Of a stretch of DNA of 64,000 bases, positions 33,449 to 44,073 are shown piece after piece; positions within the stretch are counted from its first letter, which is position 1; each line of letters begins with the position of its first letter. The stretch spans positions 1,664,001-1,728,000 of the forward strand of contig CAVSGO010000007.1 in the NCBI GenBank assembly GCA_963727525.1, written 5' to 3'. This DNA is from an uncultured bacterium. GTDB lineage: Bacteria > Krumholzibacteriota > Krumholzibacteriia > LZORAL124-64-63. A program made the translations under genes and the position numbers. The notes beneath the pieces were generated by a model. That model saw nothing but the letters and a program-made list of their open reading frames with translations. It was not told the origin of the DNA and did no database searches.

Positions 33449-34284
33449 GCCGCCACGAGGCGCGGGACCCGCTGCAGGAATCCGGCGACGAGGGCCTCGA
33501 TCTTCGGCGTGGCCTCACCCGCCACGCGCAGGATCTCGGGCACGGACGCCGGCTTCAGGCTGTCGGGGAAGCACGCGTCCGTGATGATCGAAAGGCCGAG
33601 CACCCGCATGCCGCCATGCACGGCGACGATGTCCTCCGGCACTGTCGACATACCGACGGTGTCGGCACCGATGCCGCGCAGGAAACGATACTCCGCCGCC
33701 GTTTCCAGGTTGGGCCCCGGGACCGCAACGTAGATCAGTCGGCGCAGCGGCAGTTTCTGGTCGAGCGCCACCTCTTCCGCCAGCGCGATGAAGGCGCGAT
33801 CGTAGGGTTCACTCATATCCGGGAAGCGCGGGCCGAGGCGCTCGTCGTTTGGGCCCACCAGCGGGTTCACGCCCATGAGATTGATGTGGTCGACGATGAC
33901 GCCCACGTCGCCGGGGTGGTGCTGCGGGTTCATGCCGCCCACGGCATTGCTCACGATGAGGCCGCCGGCACCCAGCGCTTTCATGACGCGTACCGGCAGC
34001 GTGACCTGCTCCATCGAGTAGCCCTCGTAGTAGTGCACGCGCCCCTGCATCACCGCCACGGCCCGGCCGCTCAGCTTGCCGAGGATGAGGTTGCCGTGAT
34101 GGCTGGTGGCAGTGGACTCGGCGAAGTGCGGCACCTCGCCGAAGGGAATGGTCACCGGCGACTCGATCTTGGCGGCCAGTCCGCCCATGCCGGTGCCAAG
34201 GATCAGGCCGAATTCGGGGGCCAGATCGGTGCGACCGCGGATGAAATCCGCCGCTTCATGGATTCTCGTGAACAGGTCACTCAC
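33445..34284 (-). CDS. punA: Purine-nucleoside phosphorylase (trimeric type)
   Basis: ILGTGMG, GRVHYYEG, DHIN, GPNLETAAE, VGMSTVPE. Confidence 0.93.
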
Positions 34285-34396
34285 GGACTGCCTCCGCGCG
34301 AGGTGTTTCGAGGGTGGCCCCGGGACAGGACTCGCCGGAAGGCGGGGGACCGGCAAGGCATGGTAAGGTAATACGGCCCCCGACGCCACGAAAGCC

Positions 34397-34431
34397 AAAA
34401 TGCAGGAATCCGGCCTCTGCAGCCGGATTCC
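34397..34431 (-). terminator. Possible terminator hairpin after divIVA
   Basis: GGAATCCGGC/GCCGGATTCC stem followed by TGCATTTT. Confidence 0.5.
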
Positions 34432-34467
34432 CGCGTCTTTGCCGATCCCGCGCTTGTTCCCCGGGGC

Positions 34468-35271
34468 CTAGCCCCAGTGCTTCGGCTCGGGCTGCTTCGC
34501 CGCATCCGGCGGCGCCGCCGCCGCCGGGAACGCGGCCGTCACGCTGACTTCCGGCGTCGGTGCAGGGGGTTCCGCCACCGCCTCCGGCACGGCCTTCACG
34601 GCCTCGGCCGTCTTCTCCGGGCTGGCCGGCTCGGTGGGTTTGCGCGGCGGCGTGACGGTGGGTTCGTAGTCGCGCCAGAGGTCGCGCTCCTGGATCGTCG
34701 CCGTCGACGTGTCCTCCTGGCCCTCGAACTGCGATTGGGGCGCCGTCGGGCGCGGCATGTCCACTCTGGCGGCATCCCGCGCGCCGTTGGTACCCTGCAG
34801 CAGGCGGTCATCGAACGCCGCGAAGTCCACGCGATGGCTCTCGACGAACTGGATCTGGGCCTCGGCCAGACTGCGGAATCGGGCCAGGAACGCCTCCTTC
34901 TCGCGGTGAACCGCCAGAGCCTCACGACGCAGTTCCTCGAGGCGCGCCCGCCCCTCGGCGAGCGTCTGTTGGACGCGCTGACGGGCTTCCAGCACCATCA
35001 CCTCGCTCTCGCGGTGGGCGTTGTCCTTGGCTTCCTTCATCACCTTCTCGGCGGTCATGAGGGTGTCGCGCAGGGTCTTCTCGATATTGCGGTACTCGAC
35101 CAGTTTCTCGTCCTGCTCGAGGATCCGCTCGCGAAGCTGCTTGTTGTCGACCAGGACGGCCTCGTACTCGTCGGCGAGATTCGCCAGAAAGGCGCGAACC
35201 TCGTCGCCGTCGTACCCGCGCATACCGCGGCGGAACTCCTGCTTGCGGACGTCCAGGGGCGTGATCCTCAT
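34468..35271 (-). CDS. divIVA: DivIVA-domain protein
   Basis: MRITPLDVRKQEFRRGMRGYDGDEVRAFL, coiled coil, Pro/Ala-rich tail. Confidence 0.9.
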   Translation of the reverse strand: MRITPLDVRKQEFRRGMRGYDGDEVRAFLANLADEYEAVLVDNKQLRERILEQDEKLVEYRNIEKTLRDTLMTAEKVMKEAKDNAHRESEVMVLEARQRVQQTLAEGRARLEELRREALAVHREKEAFLARFRSLAEAQIQFVESHRVDFAAFDDRLLQGTNGARDAARVDMPRPTAPQSQFEGQEDTSTATIQERDLWRDYEPTVTPPRKPTEPASPEKTAEAVKAVPEAVAEPPAPTPEVSVTAAFPAAAAPPDAAKQPEPKHWG

Positions 35272-35555
35272 GCTAGCCTCCGTTCCTTATCATGGGACGC
35301 GGCGGGTACCGATCGTGCCGACCCCATCCGCGCCGGCGGTCATGCTCGGCGCTGGTTCCATCAAAAGGGATGCCACATCGGACGGCAAGCCCAATCGACG
35401 GGCATCGTCCGCACGGTGCGGCGGGATGGACCTTTCGCCCGCCGACACACCAGGAGAGCCGAGCCCGGATACCGCGGCCACACCGGCAATTCTTGCCGCC
35501 CGCGTCCCCGGGGGCGCGAACGTATGTCCGGTTTCCGACCAGGTGCGGGACGCGG

Positions 35556-36272
35556 TCAAGCAGTTCGGGGGCCGAAGATGGCCGTACCCACCCGAACGAG
35601 CGTGGCGCCCTCGGCCACGGCGGCCGGATAATCGTCGCTCATGCCCATGCTCAGTTCGGGCAGGGCATGTCCGCAGGCGGCGGCGGCGGCGTCGCGCAGG
35701 GCCCGCACGGCGGCGAACGTGACCCGGGTTTCGTCTTCGTCGGCGCCGTGGCGCGCCATGGCCATGAGGCCGCGCAAGTCGAGGTTCGGCAGCGCGGCGA
35801 CGGCCGCGGCCAGCGCCGTCACCTCCTCCGGCACCAGGCCGTGTTTCTGTGGTTCGCGCGCGGCATTCACCTCCAGAAGCACCGGCTGCACCACCCCGAG
35901 CGTTTGCGCGCGCTGCGCCAGACGCTCCGCGAGATCGCGAGAATCCACACCGTGCAGCAATGCGAATGCGCCGGCAGCCTTGCTCGCCTTGTTGGATTGC
36001 AGGTGGCCGATGAAATGCCAGCGGATCGCGCGGGGATCGCAGCCTTGCTCGCGCAACATCGTCGCGAGAGCCACCTGGCGTGGCAACGCGTCCTGGATCC
36101 GGCTCTCGCCGAGGATGTACTGGCCGGCCGCCACGGCCTCGGCCACGAGCGGCAGGGGAACGAACTTCGACACGGCCACGAGGGTGACAGCGGCGGGATC
36201 GCGCCCGGCAGCGCGGCAAACTGTTGCCAGGCGCGCGCGAACCGCGGCGAGACGGATGGCGACGGTGTCCAA
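35556..36272 (-). CDS. yggS: PLP homeostasis protein YggS
   Basis: LVAVSK, GESRIQ, WHFIGHLQSNK, LSMGMSDD...EGATLVRVGTAIFG. Confidence 0.95.
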   Translation of the reverse strand: MDTVAIRLAAVRARLATVCRAAGRDPAAVTLVAVSKFVPLPLVAEAVAAGQYILGESRIQDALPRQVALATMLREQGCDPRAIRWHFIGHLQSNKASKAAGAFALLHGVDSRDLAERLAQRAQTLGVVQPVLLEVNAAREPQKHGLVPEEVTALAAAVAALPNLDLRGLMAMARHGADEDETRVTFAAVRALRDAAAAACGHALPELSMGMSDDYPAAVAEGATLVRVGTAIFGPRTA

Positions 36273-36316
36273 GGCCTTCGCTCCTCGGGCGAGCGGGGCA
36301 AAATCGGTGAACCGAT

Positions 36317-37030
36317 CTAGCTCCAGCGCAGCATGAGGCTGCGGGGATCGAGTTCCAGCGACACGTTGGCCGGCGCCGCGTTCGCGTGCTCCTTGAGGAT
36401 GCGCAGGCGGATGTGATCCGCCTCCGGCAGCAGCGAGAGCAGCACGCCCAGGTGGTGGTCGAAGCGGGCCACCTCGGCGGGCACACCCCGCGCATCCACC
36501 TCCTGCCCCTCGCGATGCAGGTTCGCGCTGGTCCAGATCTCGGCATCCCATTCGCGCGCCAGCGTGACGACGCCCTCGATCTCCCAGTCCTCGCTCATCT
36601 CGAAGCGCGGCGTGCCGTCCATGATGACCATGTCGGGCCGGAACCCGCCGGCCTCGCTCAGAAAGGCGACCGAGGAGCGCAGCTTGTCGAGCGTGAAGGT
36701 CTCACGATCATGGATCAGGATATGACGCCGCCGCTCGACCTCGAGTTGCCGCTCGAGCCGGTGATCGAGCTCCAGCATGTCGGACATCGTGACCAGGAGC
36801 TGATCGTAGTAGGCACGCAGGTGCTCCACCGTTTCCTGGGTCGAGATGTGCAGCACCCGTTCGCCGCGCAGGAGCTTGTCCAGGGCCAGGCCGATCAGGA
36901 AACTCGTCTTGCCCACGCCCGTGCGCGAGATCACGACCCCGAAGTTGCCGCGACCGAGGCCGCCGCCCAGGGCTTTCTCGAAGACCCGTACCGGACTTTT
37001 CTCGAAGACACTCTTCATCATGCCTCTCAT
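36317..37030 (-). CDS. RecA/KaiC/DnaB-C-like P-loop ATPase
   Basis: ALGGGLGRGNFGVVISRTGVGKT (Walker A), MVIMDG (Walker B); start may be 37021. Confidence 0.8.
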   Translation of the reverse strand: MRGMMKSVFEKSPVRVFEKALGGGLGRGNFGVVISRTGVGKTSFLIGLALDKLLRGERVLHISTQETVEHLRAYYDQLLVTMSDMLELDHRLERQLEVERRRHILIHDRETFTLDKLRSSVAFLSEAGGFRPDMVIMDGTPRFEMSEDWEIEGVVTLAREWDAEIWTSANLHREGQEVDARGVPAEVARFDHHLGVLLSLLPEADHIRLRILKEHANAAPANVSLELDPRSLMLRWS

Positions 37031-37053
37031 ACCGCCAGTCTACTTGCCGCAGT

Positions 37054-39141
37054 CTACTTTCCCTTGGCACGCTTTTCCAGATAATCCTTGCGCAGCTTCT
37101 CGGCCACCTCGGCCGGTGCCGGGGAGTACCGCGCGAACTCCATCGTGAACTCCGCCTTGCCAGCCGTGGCCGAGCGCAGGACGGTGGCATAGCCGAACAT
37201 CTCGGCCAGAGGCACGTGGGCGTCGATCCGTACGAAGCCTTCTGCCTCGGTCGTGCCGACGATGATGCCGCGCCGCTGCATCAGGGTCTTGAGCACCTCG
37301 CCCTGCATCTCGCCGGGCCCCTCCACCGACACGAGCATGAGCGGCTCGAGCGCGATGGGCGACCCCTGGTTGTACACGTCGCGGAACGCCATGCGGCAGG
37401 CCGTCTGGAAGGCCATGTCCGAGGAGTCGACGGCATGGCTGTCGCCGTCCTCGAGCACCACCTTCATCCCCTGCACCGGATGACCGATGTAGGCACCCTC
37501 GTCGATGCACTCGCGGAAGCCCTTCTCGCAGGCCCCGATGTACTCGGTGGGGATGGTGCCGCCCACGACCTTGTTCTCGAACACGAACCCGCCCTCGTCC
37601 AGCGGTTCGAGGCGACCGATGACCTTGGCGTACTGGCCGGAGCCGCCGGTCTGCTTGCGGTGGATGTAGTTGAACGGAGCCGACCGGGTGATCGTCTCGC
37701 GATAGGCCACGCGCGGCTGGCCGGTCTGGATCTCGGCGCCGAACTCGCGGCGGATACGCTCCACGTACACCTCGAGGTGCAACTCGCCCATGCCGCGGAT
37801 GAGCGTGTCGCCGGTCTCGGAATCGACGGCCGTGCGGAACGTGGGGTCCTCGCGCGTGAAGCGATGCAGGGCCTTGGCCAGCTTGGCCTGCGCTTTCCCG
37901 TCGCCCGGCACCACGGCCAGCGATACCACCGGCTCGGGCACGTGCATGCTCGTGAGCGAGATCTGGCGCCCGCCCGTGAAGGTGTCGCCACTTGCGCATT
38001 CCACACCGAAGAGCGCCACGATGTCGCCCGCCGACGCCTTCTCGATGTCTTCCATCTGGTTGGCGTGCATGCGACCGAGGCGGCCCACCTTGACCTTCTT
38101 GCCGGTGCGCGTGTTGACGATGTCCGAGCCCTTCTGCAACAGGCCCTGGTAGAGCCGGACGTAGGTGAGCTGGCCGTAAGGCCCCTCCTCCAGCTTGAAG
38201 GCGTGGGCCACGAGGTCGCCATCGGGCTGGTTCGAGAGGATGAACGGCTTCTCCTCGCCGCCGGGCAGCAGTTCGATGGCCTCGTTCTTCACCTCGGTGG
38301 GATCCGGGAGATACCGCACCACGGCGTCGAGCAGGGGCTGCACCCCGCGGTTCTTGTAGGCGCTGCCCAGAAACACGGGCGTCAGTTCCTGCGAGATGAC
38401 GCCGCGACGGACCGCTTCATGGATGAGGTCCTCGGTGACGGCGTCCTCGAGGATGGCCTCTGTCAACTCGTCGCTGAACATGCTGGCGGCGTCGAGCAGC
38501 ACCTCGCGCCGGGCCTCGGCCTCCACCTGCAGGTCCGCCGGGATCTCCTCCGGCGTGATGGTCTCACCGCTGGGACCACTGAAGCGCATGGCCTTCATCG
38601 CGACCAGGTCGATCAAGCCCTCGTGATCGGCCTCCAGGCCGAGCGGGATCTGCATCATCACCGCGTTGTGGCGCAGCTTCTCGCGGAGCTGGTCGGTCAC
38701 GCGCATGGGGTTGGCGCCGCTGCGGTCGCACTTGTTGACGAAGGCGAGGCGCGGCACCTTGTAACGGCGCATCTGGCGGTCCACCGTGATCGACTGCGAC
38801 TGCACGCCGGCCACCGCGCAGAGTACGAGCACGGCGCCGTCGAGCACGCGCAGGGCGCGTTCCACCTCGATCGTGAAATCGACATGCCCCGGGGTGTCGA
38901 TCAGGTTGATGTGGTAACCCTTCCACTCCGCATGGGTGGCGGCCGACTGGATCGTGATGCCACGCTCGCGCTCGAGATCCATCGAGTCCATCGTGGCGCC
39001 CACGCCGTCCTTGCCACGCACCTCGTGGATGGCGCGGATGCGCTTGGTGTAGAACAGGATCCGCTCGGTCAGCGTGGTCTTGCCCGAATCGATGTGGGCG
39101 CTGATCCCGATGTTGCGGACCATAGTGAGATCGCTCGTCAT
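37054..39141 (-). CDS. fusA: Elongation factor G (stand-alone copy)
   Basis: [52 protein letters not shown]. Confidence 0.97.
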   Translation of the reverse strand: MTSDLTMVRNIGISAHIDSGKTTLTERILFYTKRIRAIHEVRGKDGVGATMDSMDLERERGITIQSAATHAEWKGYHINLIDTPGHVDFTIEVERALRVLDGAVLVLCAVAGVQSQSITVDRQMRRYKVPRLAFVNKCDRSGANPMRVTDQLREKLRHNAVMMQIPLGLEADHEGLIDLVAMKAMRFSGPSGETITPEEIPADLQVEAEARREVLLDAASMFSDELTEAILEDAVTEDLIHEAVRRGVISQELTPVFLGSAYKNRGVQPLLDAVVRYLPDPTEVKNEAIELLPGGEEKPFILSNQPDGDLVAHAFKLEEGPYGQLTYVRLYQGLLQKGSDIVNTRTGKKVKVGRLGRMHANQMEDIEKASAGDIVALFGVECASGDTFTGGRQISLTSMHVPEPVVSLAVVPGDGKAQAKLAKALHRFTREDPTFRTAVDSETGDTLIRGMGELHLEVYVERIRREFGAEIQTGQPRVAYRETITRSAPFNYIHRKQTGGSGQYAKVIGRLEPLDEGGFVFENKVVGGTIPTEYIGACEKGFRECIDEGAYIGHPVQGMKVVLEDGDSHAVDSSDMAFQTACRMAFRDVYNQGSPIALEPLMLVSVEGPGEMQGEVLKTLMQRRGIIVGTTEAEGFVRIDAHVPLAEMFGYATVLRSATAGKAEFTMEFARYSPAPAEVAEKLRKDYLEKRAKGK

Positions 39142-39392
39142 CGTCGTCGCTTCCTTCTGCGACCCGGTCGAGGACCAGCCGGGCTCGCTTGCCTGGCGGG
39201 AACGGCACACGCCGCCCCGTATAAAGGTGCGCCGACTCCTGGGAGCCTGGCGCGGGCGCAATGTATGCGCGCGGCAGCGCGATCGCAACCGCGATGGTCA
39301 CGAATTTACCGGGCGGTCACATTGCCACGGTTCTGACAATGGGTTAGCTTCGGAAGCGCTCCTGCCCTGTTCCCGCACGCGGAGGTCTATCC

Positions 39393-40826
39393 GTGACCGT
39401 CTCCCTCCGACCGGCGTTTCCCTGGCTCGTGGTCTTGACCCTCCTGGCCCTCGCACCCGCCGTGCCGGGTTGCTCTTCTAGCGGCGACTCTTCCGGCGGC
39501 AACTCGTCCAAGATGATGGGCGGCAAGAACCTGAACGTCCTGCTCATCGTGGTCGACACGATGGCGGCCCGGCACCTGGGTTGTTTCACACCAGGTCTGA
39601 AGGACAGCCCCACCATCGACCGCCTGGCCCGCGAGGGCGTGCTCTTTCGCCACGCCTATTCCACGGCGCCCTGGACCCAGCCGGCGGTGGCCTCGCTCTT
39701 CACCTCGCGCATGCCGAGCGAGGTGGGCATGACCCAGATCTTCAGCACCCTGGCGGATTCCTTCGCCACCCTGCCCGAGCTGATGCGCGACCGGGGCCGC
39801 TGGACGATGGGCGTGACGAGCAACTGGATCGTCGTCGATAAGTTCGGCTTTGGCCAGGGCTTCGAGAAACTCAACGAATCGCCCGTGGGCGGCCACGACG
39901 CCATCACCTCCGACAAGGTGACCGATGCCGCCAAGCTGGTGCTCGACCGCGCGGGCAAGCGGCCATTCTTCCTCTACGTCCACTACTTCGACCCTCACTG
40001 GTACTACAACCACCATCCCGAGTTCGACGAGACGTCGGGTTACACGGGTTCGCTGAGGTCGGGCGAGGACATCGGCGAGATCCGCAAGAAGAGTGCCACC
40101 CTCACCGACGCCGACATCGCCTACCTCGAGGGTCTGTACCGCGAGGAGATCGCCTACACCGACGACCAGATCGGCAAGCTCCTCGCCCACCTGCAGGAGC
40201 TGGGCCTGGCCGACGACACCCTGGTGGTGGTAGCCGCCGACCACGGCGAGGAGTTCCGCGAGCACGGCTGGATCGGTCACACGGCGAATCTCTATGACAA
40301 CCTCATCCACGTGCCGCTGATCTTCTGGATGCCCGGTCGACTCCAGCCACACGAGGTGGATGCGACCGTGTCGTTGCTTGACGTGCTGCCCACCCTCGAC
40401 GCCCTCACGGCCACGGGCACCCCCACCCCCGCGCCCCAGCGACGCGGCAAGTCTCTCGTGGGTTACCTCGACAGCAGCGCTCCCGAGGTACCCGGCCGCC
40501 CCCTCTTCGCCGAGGTGTCGTACACCTCCCCGGACGGCTGGCCCTCCGGCGACGATCAGGTGAAGACCTACTTCATGACCGCCCTGCGCGTGGGCCGCTG
40601 GAAGGCCATCCACGACCTGCAGGCCAGCACCTGGACGCTCTTCGACCTCAAGGCCGACCCCGACGAGCAACACGGCAACTGGAACGGCCCTGCCGATGTG
40701 CAGAAGGACCTGCAGGACATGCTCACAGTCTGGGAGAACCAGCGAGGCTCCGGCGCGGCCATCACGACGGCACCGCTGGACGCGGAAGCCGTGAAGAAGC
40801 TGAAGTCGCTGGGGTACGTGCGGTAG
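39393..40826 (+). CDS. Sulfatase-like (alkaline phosphatase superfamily) lipoprotein
   Basis: NVLLIVVDT, APWTQPAVASLFT, HYFDPH, ADHGEEF...GH, HVPLI, LKSLGY; lipobox VPGC. Confidence 0.88.
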   Translation: MTVSLRPAFPWLVVLTLLALAPAVPGCSSSGDSSGGNSSKMMGGKNLNVLLIVVDTMAARHLGCFTPGLKDSPTIDRLAREGVLFRHAYSTAPWTQPAVASLFTSRMPSEVGMTQIFSTLADSFATLPELMRDRGRWTMGVTSNWIVVDKFGFGQGFEKLNESPVGGHDAITSDKVTDAAKLVLDRAGKRPFFLYVHYFDPHWYYNHHPEFDETSGYTGSLRSGEDIGEIRKKSATLTDADIAYLEGLYREEIAYTDDQIGKLLAHLQELGLADDTLVVVAADHGEEFREHGWIGHTANLYDNLIHVPLIFWMPGRLQPHEVDATVSLLDVLPTLDALTATGTPTPAPQRRGKSLVGYLDSSAPEVPGRPLFAEVSYTSPDGWPSGDDQVKTYFMTALRVGRWKAIHDLQASTWTLFDLKADPDEQHGNWNGPADVQKDLQDMLTVWENQRGSGAAITTAPLDAEAVKKLKSLGYVR

Positions 40827-40896
40827 GGAAGAACGTGGTGCCGGCACCAACGACGAGATCATTATTGGCCGCTGGGTCGTGCGCAGCGGTAGGTTG

Positions 40897-41625
40897 CTAC
40901 TGATCGGATCCCATGGCTGTCCTTTCGAACTGGCCGGATCCTGTTTCATGGCCACAGGCCGTCGCATCGATCTTGAGCACCAGTGGCTCGTCTCGATCCC
41001 CGCCCATCGACGTGATCAGTCCTCCCTCGACGTCGAAATCGACAAAGGCGGTGAAACCCAGGGCGGTTTGGCAATCGGGATGATGCAGTCGATTGAACTC
41101 CAGACGCTCGCCAGTTGCACCGGTGTCTGCCCTGGCGGGATACGAGTAGACGTAGTCGCTGTCCCGCAGAATCAGGGATCCCATGATCAGGAAATCCTGG
41201 TCCTCTTTCAGATCCGAGTCCGCATTGACAAATCCCGACGTCGCGCCTCGCGGGCACCAGAATTCCAGGCTGGGTCGTAGAAAGAGCCGGTACTGCCGAT
41301 CCTCGTACGCAGGTCCATGCACGATGATCTGATTGGCGGGCTGGAGTATACGGAACTCGTCGTCGAAGACCATCGTGCTGCGGCCAAGGGTCTCCCCGTC
41401 GTGTGTCATCTCACCCGGGCCGATGAGTATCTTCCGGGATTCGCGATCGACCAGCATCATCTGAACCGGGAAGACCGGGATTCCCGTCGTGACGGAATCA
41501 TGAGCGTAGACCGCAGCGTTCAACCGGAACTCCATCGTGAGGCTCGCGAGGAGACGGCCGCCGCGGGCACCACAGGAACCGGCGACGGCGATGATCGCGA
41601 CGATTGTGGCGATGCGTATCGACAC
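40897..41625 (-). CDS. Hypothetical lipoprotein
   Basis: 242-aa ORF with lipobox AGSC; composition less GC-biased than neighbours. Confidence 0.55.
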   Translation of the reverse strand: MSIRIATIVAIIAVAGSCGARGGRLLASLTMEFRLNAAVYAHDSVTTGIPVFPVQMMLVDRESRKILIGPGEMTHDGETLGRSTMVFDDEFRILQPANQIIVHGPAYEDRQYRLFLRPSLEFWCPRGATSGFVNADSDLKEDQDFLIMGSLILRDSDYVYSYPARADTGATGERLEFNRLHHPDCQTALGFTAFVDFDVEGGLITSMGGDRDEPLVLKIDATACGHETGSGQFERTAMGSDQ

Positions 41626-41703
41626 TGAATTCCCCCGATTCTCGAGTCCTGCAGCACGTTGGTCGGTGCCGGCACCACGGTCGGCACCACCATGACGGCA
41701 AGA

Positions 41704-44067
41704 TCAGGGTTTGCTCCCCTGCCCCCGGCGCATACCCCGCACCTGCTCCAGGCGCTGGCGGTACGCTTGCACGTTGGGCGCCAGCCTCACGGCCTCGGCG
41801 AACTCGGCCTCGGCCTCGTTCAGCTTGCCGAGGTTGCCGAGAGCCGCGCCGTAGTTGATGCGCAGGCTGGGATCGCGCGGATCGATGTCCACGGCGCGCT
41901 TGTACCAGGCGGCCGCCTCCGGCATGCGGCCGGCCTTGAAGAAGTACGACGCCATCGCCATGGCCGGCGTGGGGTTCTGCGGGGACAGTTGCAGGGCATG
42001 CTCCGCGGCCTGCCGGCCCGCATCGAGGGAGTCGACGGCGCAGAACGAAAGGGCCATCTCACGGTAAGCGTCCGTGCTCCTGGGATCGATGAGCAGGGCT
42101 TGCTGGAACTCGTCGATAGCCTGGTGCGGGTGGCCGGCCTTGGCAAGCACCGCCCCCAGGCTGACGTGCGCGATCGCGACACCCGGCTGCAGCTGCAATG
42201 ACTCGCGCAGTTCCTTCTCCGCCTCGTCGAGCTGGCCGAGCTGACCGAGGGCGCGCCCGAGCTCGAAATGGGCCTGCGGGATGTTCGGGCTACGCGCCAG
42301 CACGGCGCGCAGATCCTTCGCAGCCTCGTCGGCGTGGCCCTTGAAGCTGAGGGCCGCGGCCAGACCGATACGGGCCTCCAGGTTGTCGGGACGATGCTGG
42401 GCGACGGAGCGGAAGTGACTGATCGCCTCGTCGTAGCGCCCCATGTTGGCCAGTAGATTCGCCAGCCCCATGTGCGCATCGATGTAGCCGGGATTCTGCT
42501 GCAACGCGAGCTGGTACTCCCGCACGGCGCCCTGGTTGTCGCCGGCGTTGGCGAGGGCCACGGCGCGGTCGGTGTACCACCAGGCCGCATCGGCCCGGTA
42601 GCTGGCAAGGGGATGGCTCGTCAGCAGCACCAGCGCGGCCGCGGCCACCGCCAGCTTGAGCGCGCCTGACCACGCGCGGGCGCCCACGGTGCAGCCGGCA
42701 CGATACAGTGCGTACGCGCCGAAGAGGAAGAGGAAGGGTAACAAAGGCACGCGGAATCGTCCCGCCACGAGGAACGGCAGGAACGACAGGAACGTGGCCG
42801 CCACGTAGAGCGCGACGAGGATCGCCAGCGGGCCCGTACGGTCAGCGGGCGCATCCGGCACCGCCGCGCCGACCACCGGCGCACCGATCGGCGCGCGCCG
42901 ACGCTCGATCACCAGCACACCCACGCCGAGCAGCGCCAGCGCCAGCGCCAGCGGGAAGGTGGGCAGGTGGCACAGCACGGGACTGTTTGCCTTCTCGAAG
43001 GCGATGGCGCGGTTGTTCGAAACCTCGGCCGGCCCCCAGAACAGCGCCGCGCGTCGCGCCGTGAGCTGCAGGAAGTGGCCGAAGTGGTGGACGATGTAGT
43101 CGAGTCCGCGGTTCCAGTAGTAGCGCTCCACCTGCGAGTATTTGAGCGACTTGCCTTCCTTCTCGCTCACGCCCTGGACGATGCGGTCGTAATCGAAGCA
43201 ACTCCATCCGGTCTGGCCGGTCATCTCCTGCACGTCGGGGATGCGCGTGGTCACGCCGTCGGCGCTCGGATTGTTTCCGATGTACAGGTTGATGGCACCG
43301 TTGGCCGAGATCAGCACGAGGTCGTCGGCCACGCGCCAGTTGCGGATGGTGGCCGGCGCGATGGCCAGCAGCGTCCCGACGGTGAGCACGACCACGGGCC
43401 GCAACGCCGCCAGGCGCGACGTATCCCGCCGCGCATACCACCACACCCACGCCGCGGCTGCCGGCGCGAAGAGGAGCACATTGGGCCGCACAAGTGCCAT
43501 GGCGCCGAGCACGAGCCCCGCCAGCAGCAGGCGCCACCAGGCTGGTCTCCGCAGCCAGGCGGCCATCAGCAGGAAGAACACCAGGCTGACGGTGACCATG
43601 AGCACCGGCGCGTGCAGCTCGGTCTCGAAGTAGATGAGCGCCCAGTAGGTGGCCATGAGGGCCGCCGTGATGAGCCCTACCGTGCGGTTGAAGACGGCGC
43701 GACCCAGCAGGTAGGCCAGCCAGCAATTGAGCACACCCAGCAGCATCTGCACGATGCGCGCACCGAGATAGCTCTTGCCGGTGAGCGCGTAGGCCAGCGC
43801 GAGGAAGTACGGATAGCCCGGTGGCCGGACGAAGGGCACCGAGTCGATATAGGGGTTGGCGTTGTTCGCCGGCGGCGTCCAGTCGCCGGTGACGAGGGCA
43901 CGTGCCCAGTAGTCATGGAACGCGGCATCAGCCGTGGGGTGCGAGAACTCCGTGGTGCCGGAAATCTCGTGCAGGTAGAGGCCGCGCAGCAGCACAGCCA
44001 CCAGGAGGATGGCGACAAGGATCAGCCAGTGCCGCAGCGGGGCGCGCGAGGTATCCGACGTGGTCAC
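41704..44067 (-). CDS. GT-C (ArnT/PMT, GT39/83-like) membrane glycosyltransferase fused to TPR repeats
   Basis: DAAFHDYWA, RPPGYPYFLA, LVRPN, NLYIGNN, RFRVP; about 7 C-terminal TPRs. Confidence 0.85.
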   Translation of the reverse strand: MTTSDTSRAPLRHWLILVAILLVAVLLRGLYLHEISGTTEFSHPTADAAFHDYWARALVTGDWTPPANNANPYIDSVPFVRPPGYPYFLALAYALTGKSYLGARIVQMLLGVLNCWLAYLLGRAVFNRTVGLITAALMATYWALIYFETELHAPVLMVTVSLVFFLLMAAWLRRPAWWRLLLAGLVLGAMALVRPNVLLFAPAAAAWVWWYARRDTSRLAALRPVVVLTVGTLLAIAPATIRNWRVADDLVLISANGAINLYIGNNPSADGVTTRIPDVQEMTGQTGWSCFDYDRIVQGVSEKEGKSLKYSQVERYYWNRGLDYIVHHFGHFLQLTARRAALFWGPAEVSNNRAIAFEKANSPVLCHLPTFPLALALALLGVGVLVIERRRAPIGAPVVGAAVPDAPADRTGPLAILVALYVAATFLSFLPFLVAGRFRVPLLPFLFLFGAYALYRAGCTVGARAWSGALKLAVAAAALVLLTSHPLASYRADAAWWYTDRAVALANAGDNQGAVREYQLALQQNPGYIDAHMGLANLLANMGRYDEAISHFRSVAQHRPDNLEARIGLAAALSFKGHADEAAKDLRAVLARSPNIPQAHFELGRALGQLGQLDEAEKELRESLQLQPGVAIAHVSLGAVLAKAGHPHQAIDEFQQALLIDPRSTDAYREMALSFCAVDSLDAGRQAAEHALQLSPQNPTPAMAMASYFFKAGRMPEAAAWYKRAVDIDPRDPSLRINYGAALGNLGKLNEAEAEFAEAVRLAPNVQAYRQRLEQVRGMRRGQGSKP

Positions 44068-44073
44068 GTTTTC

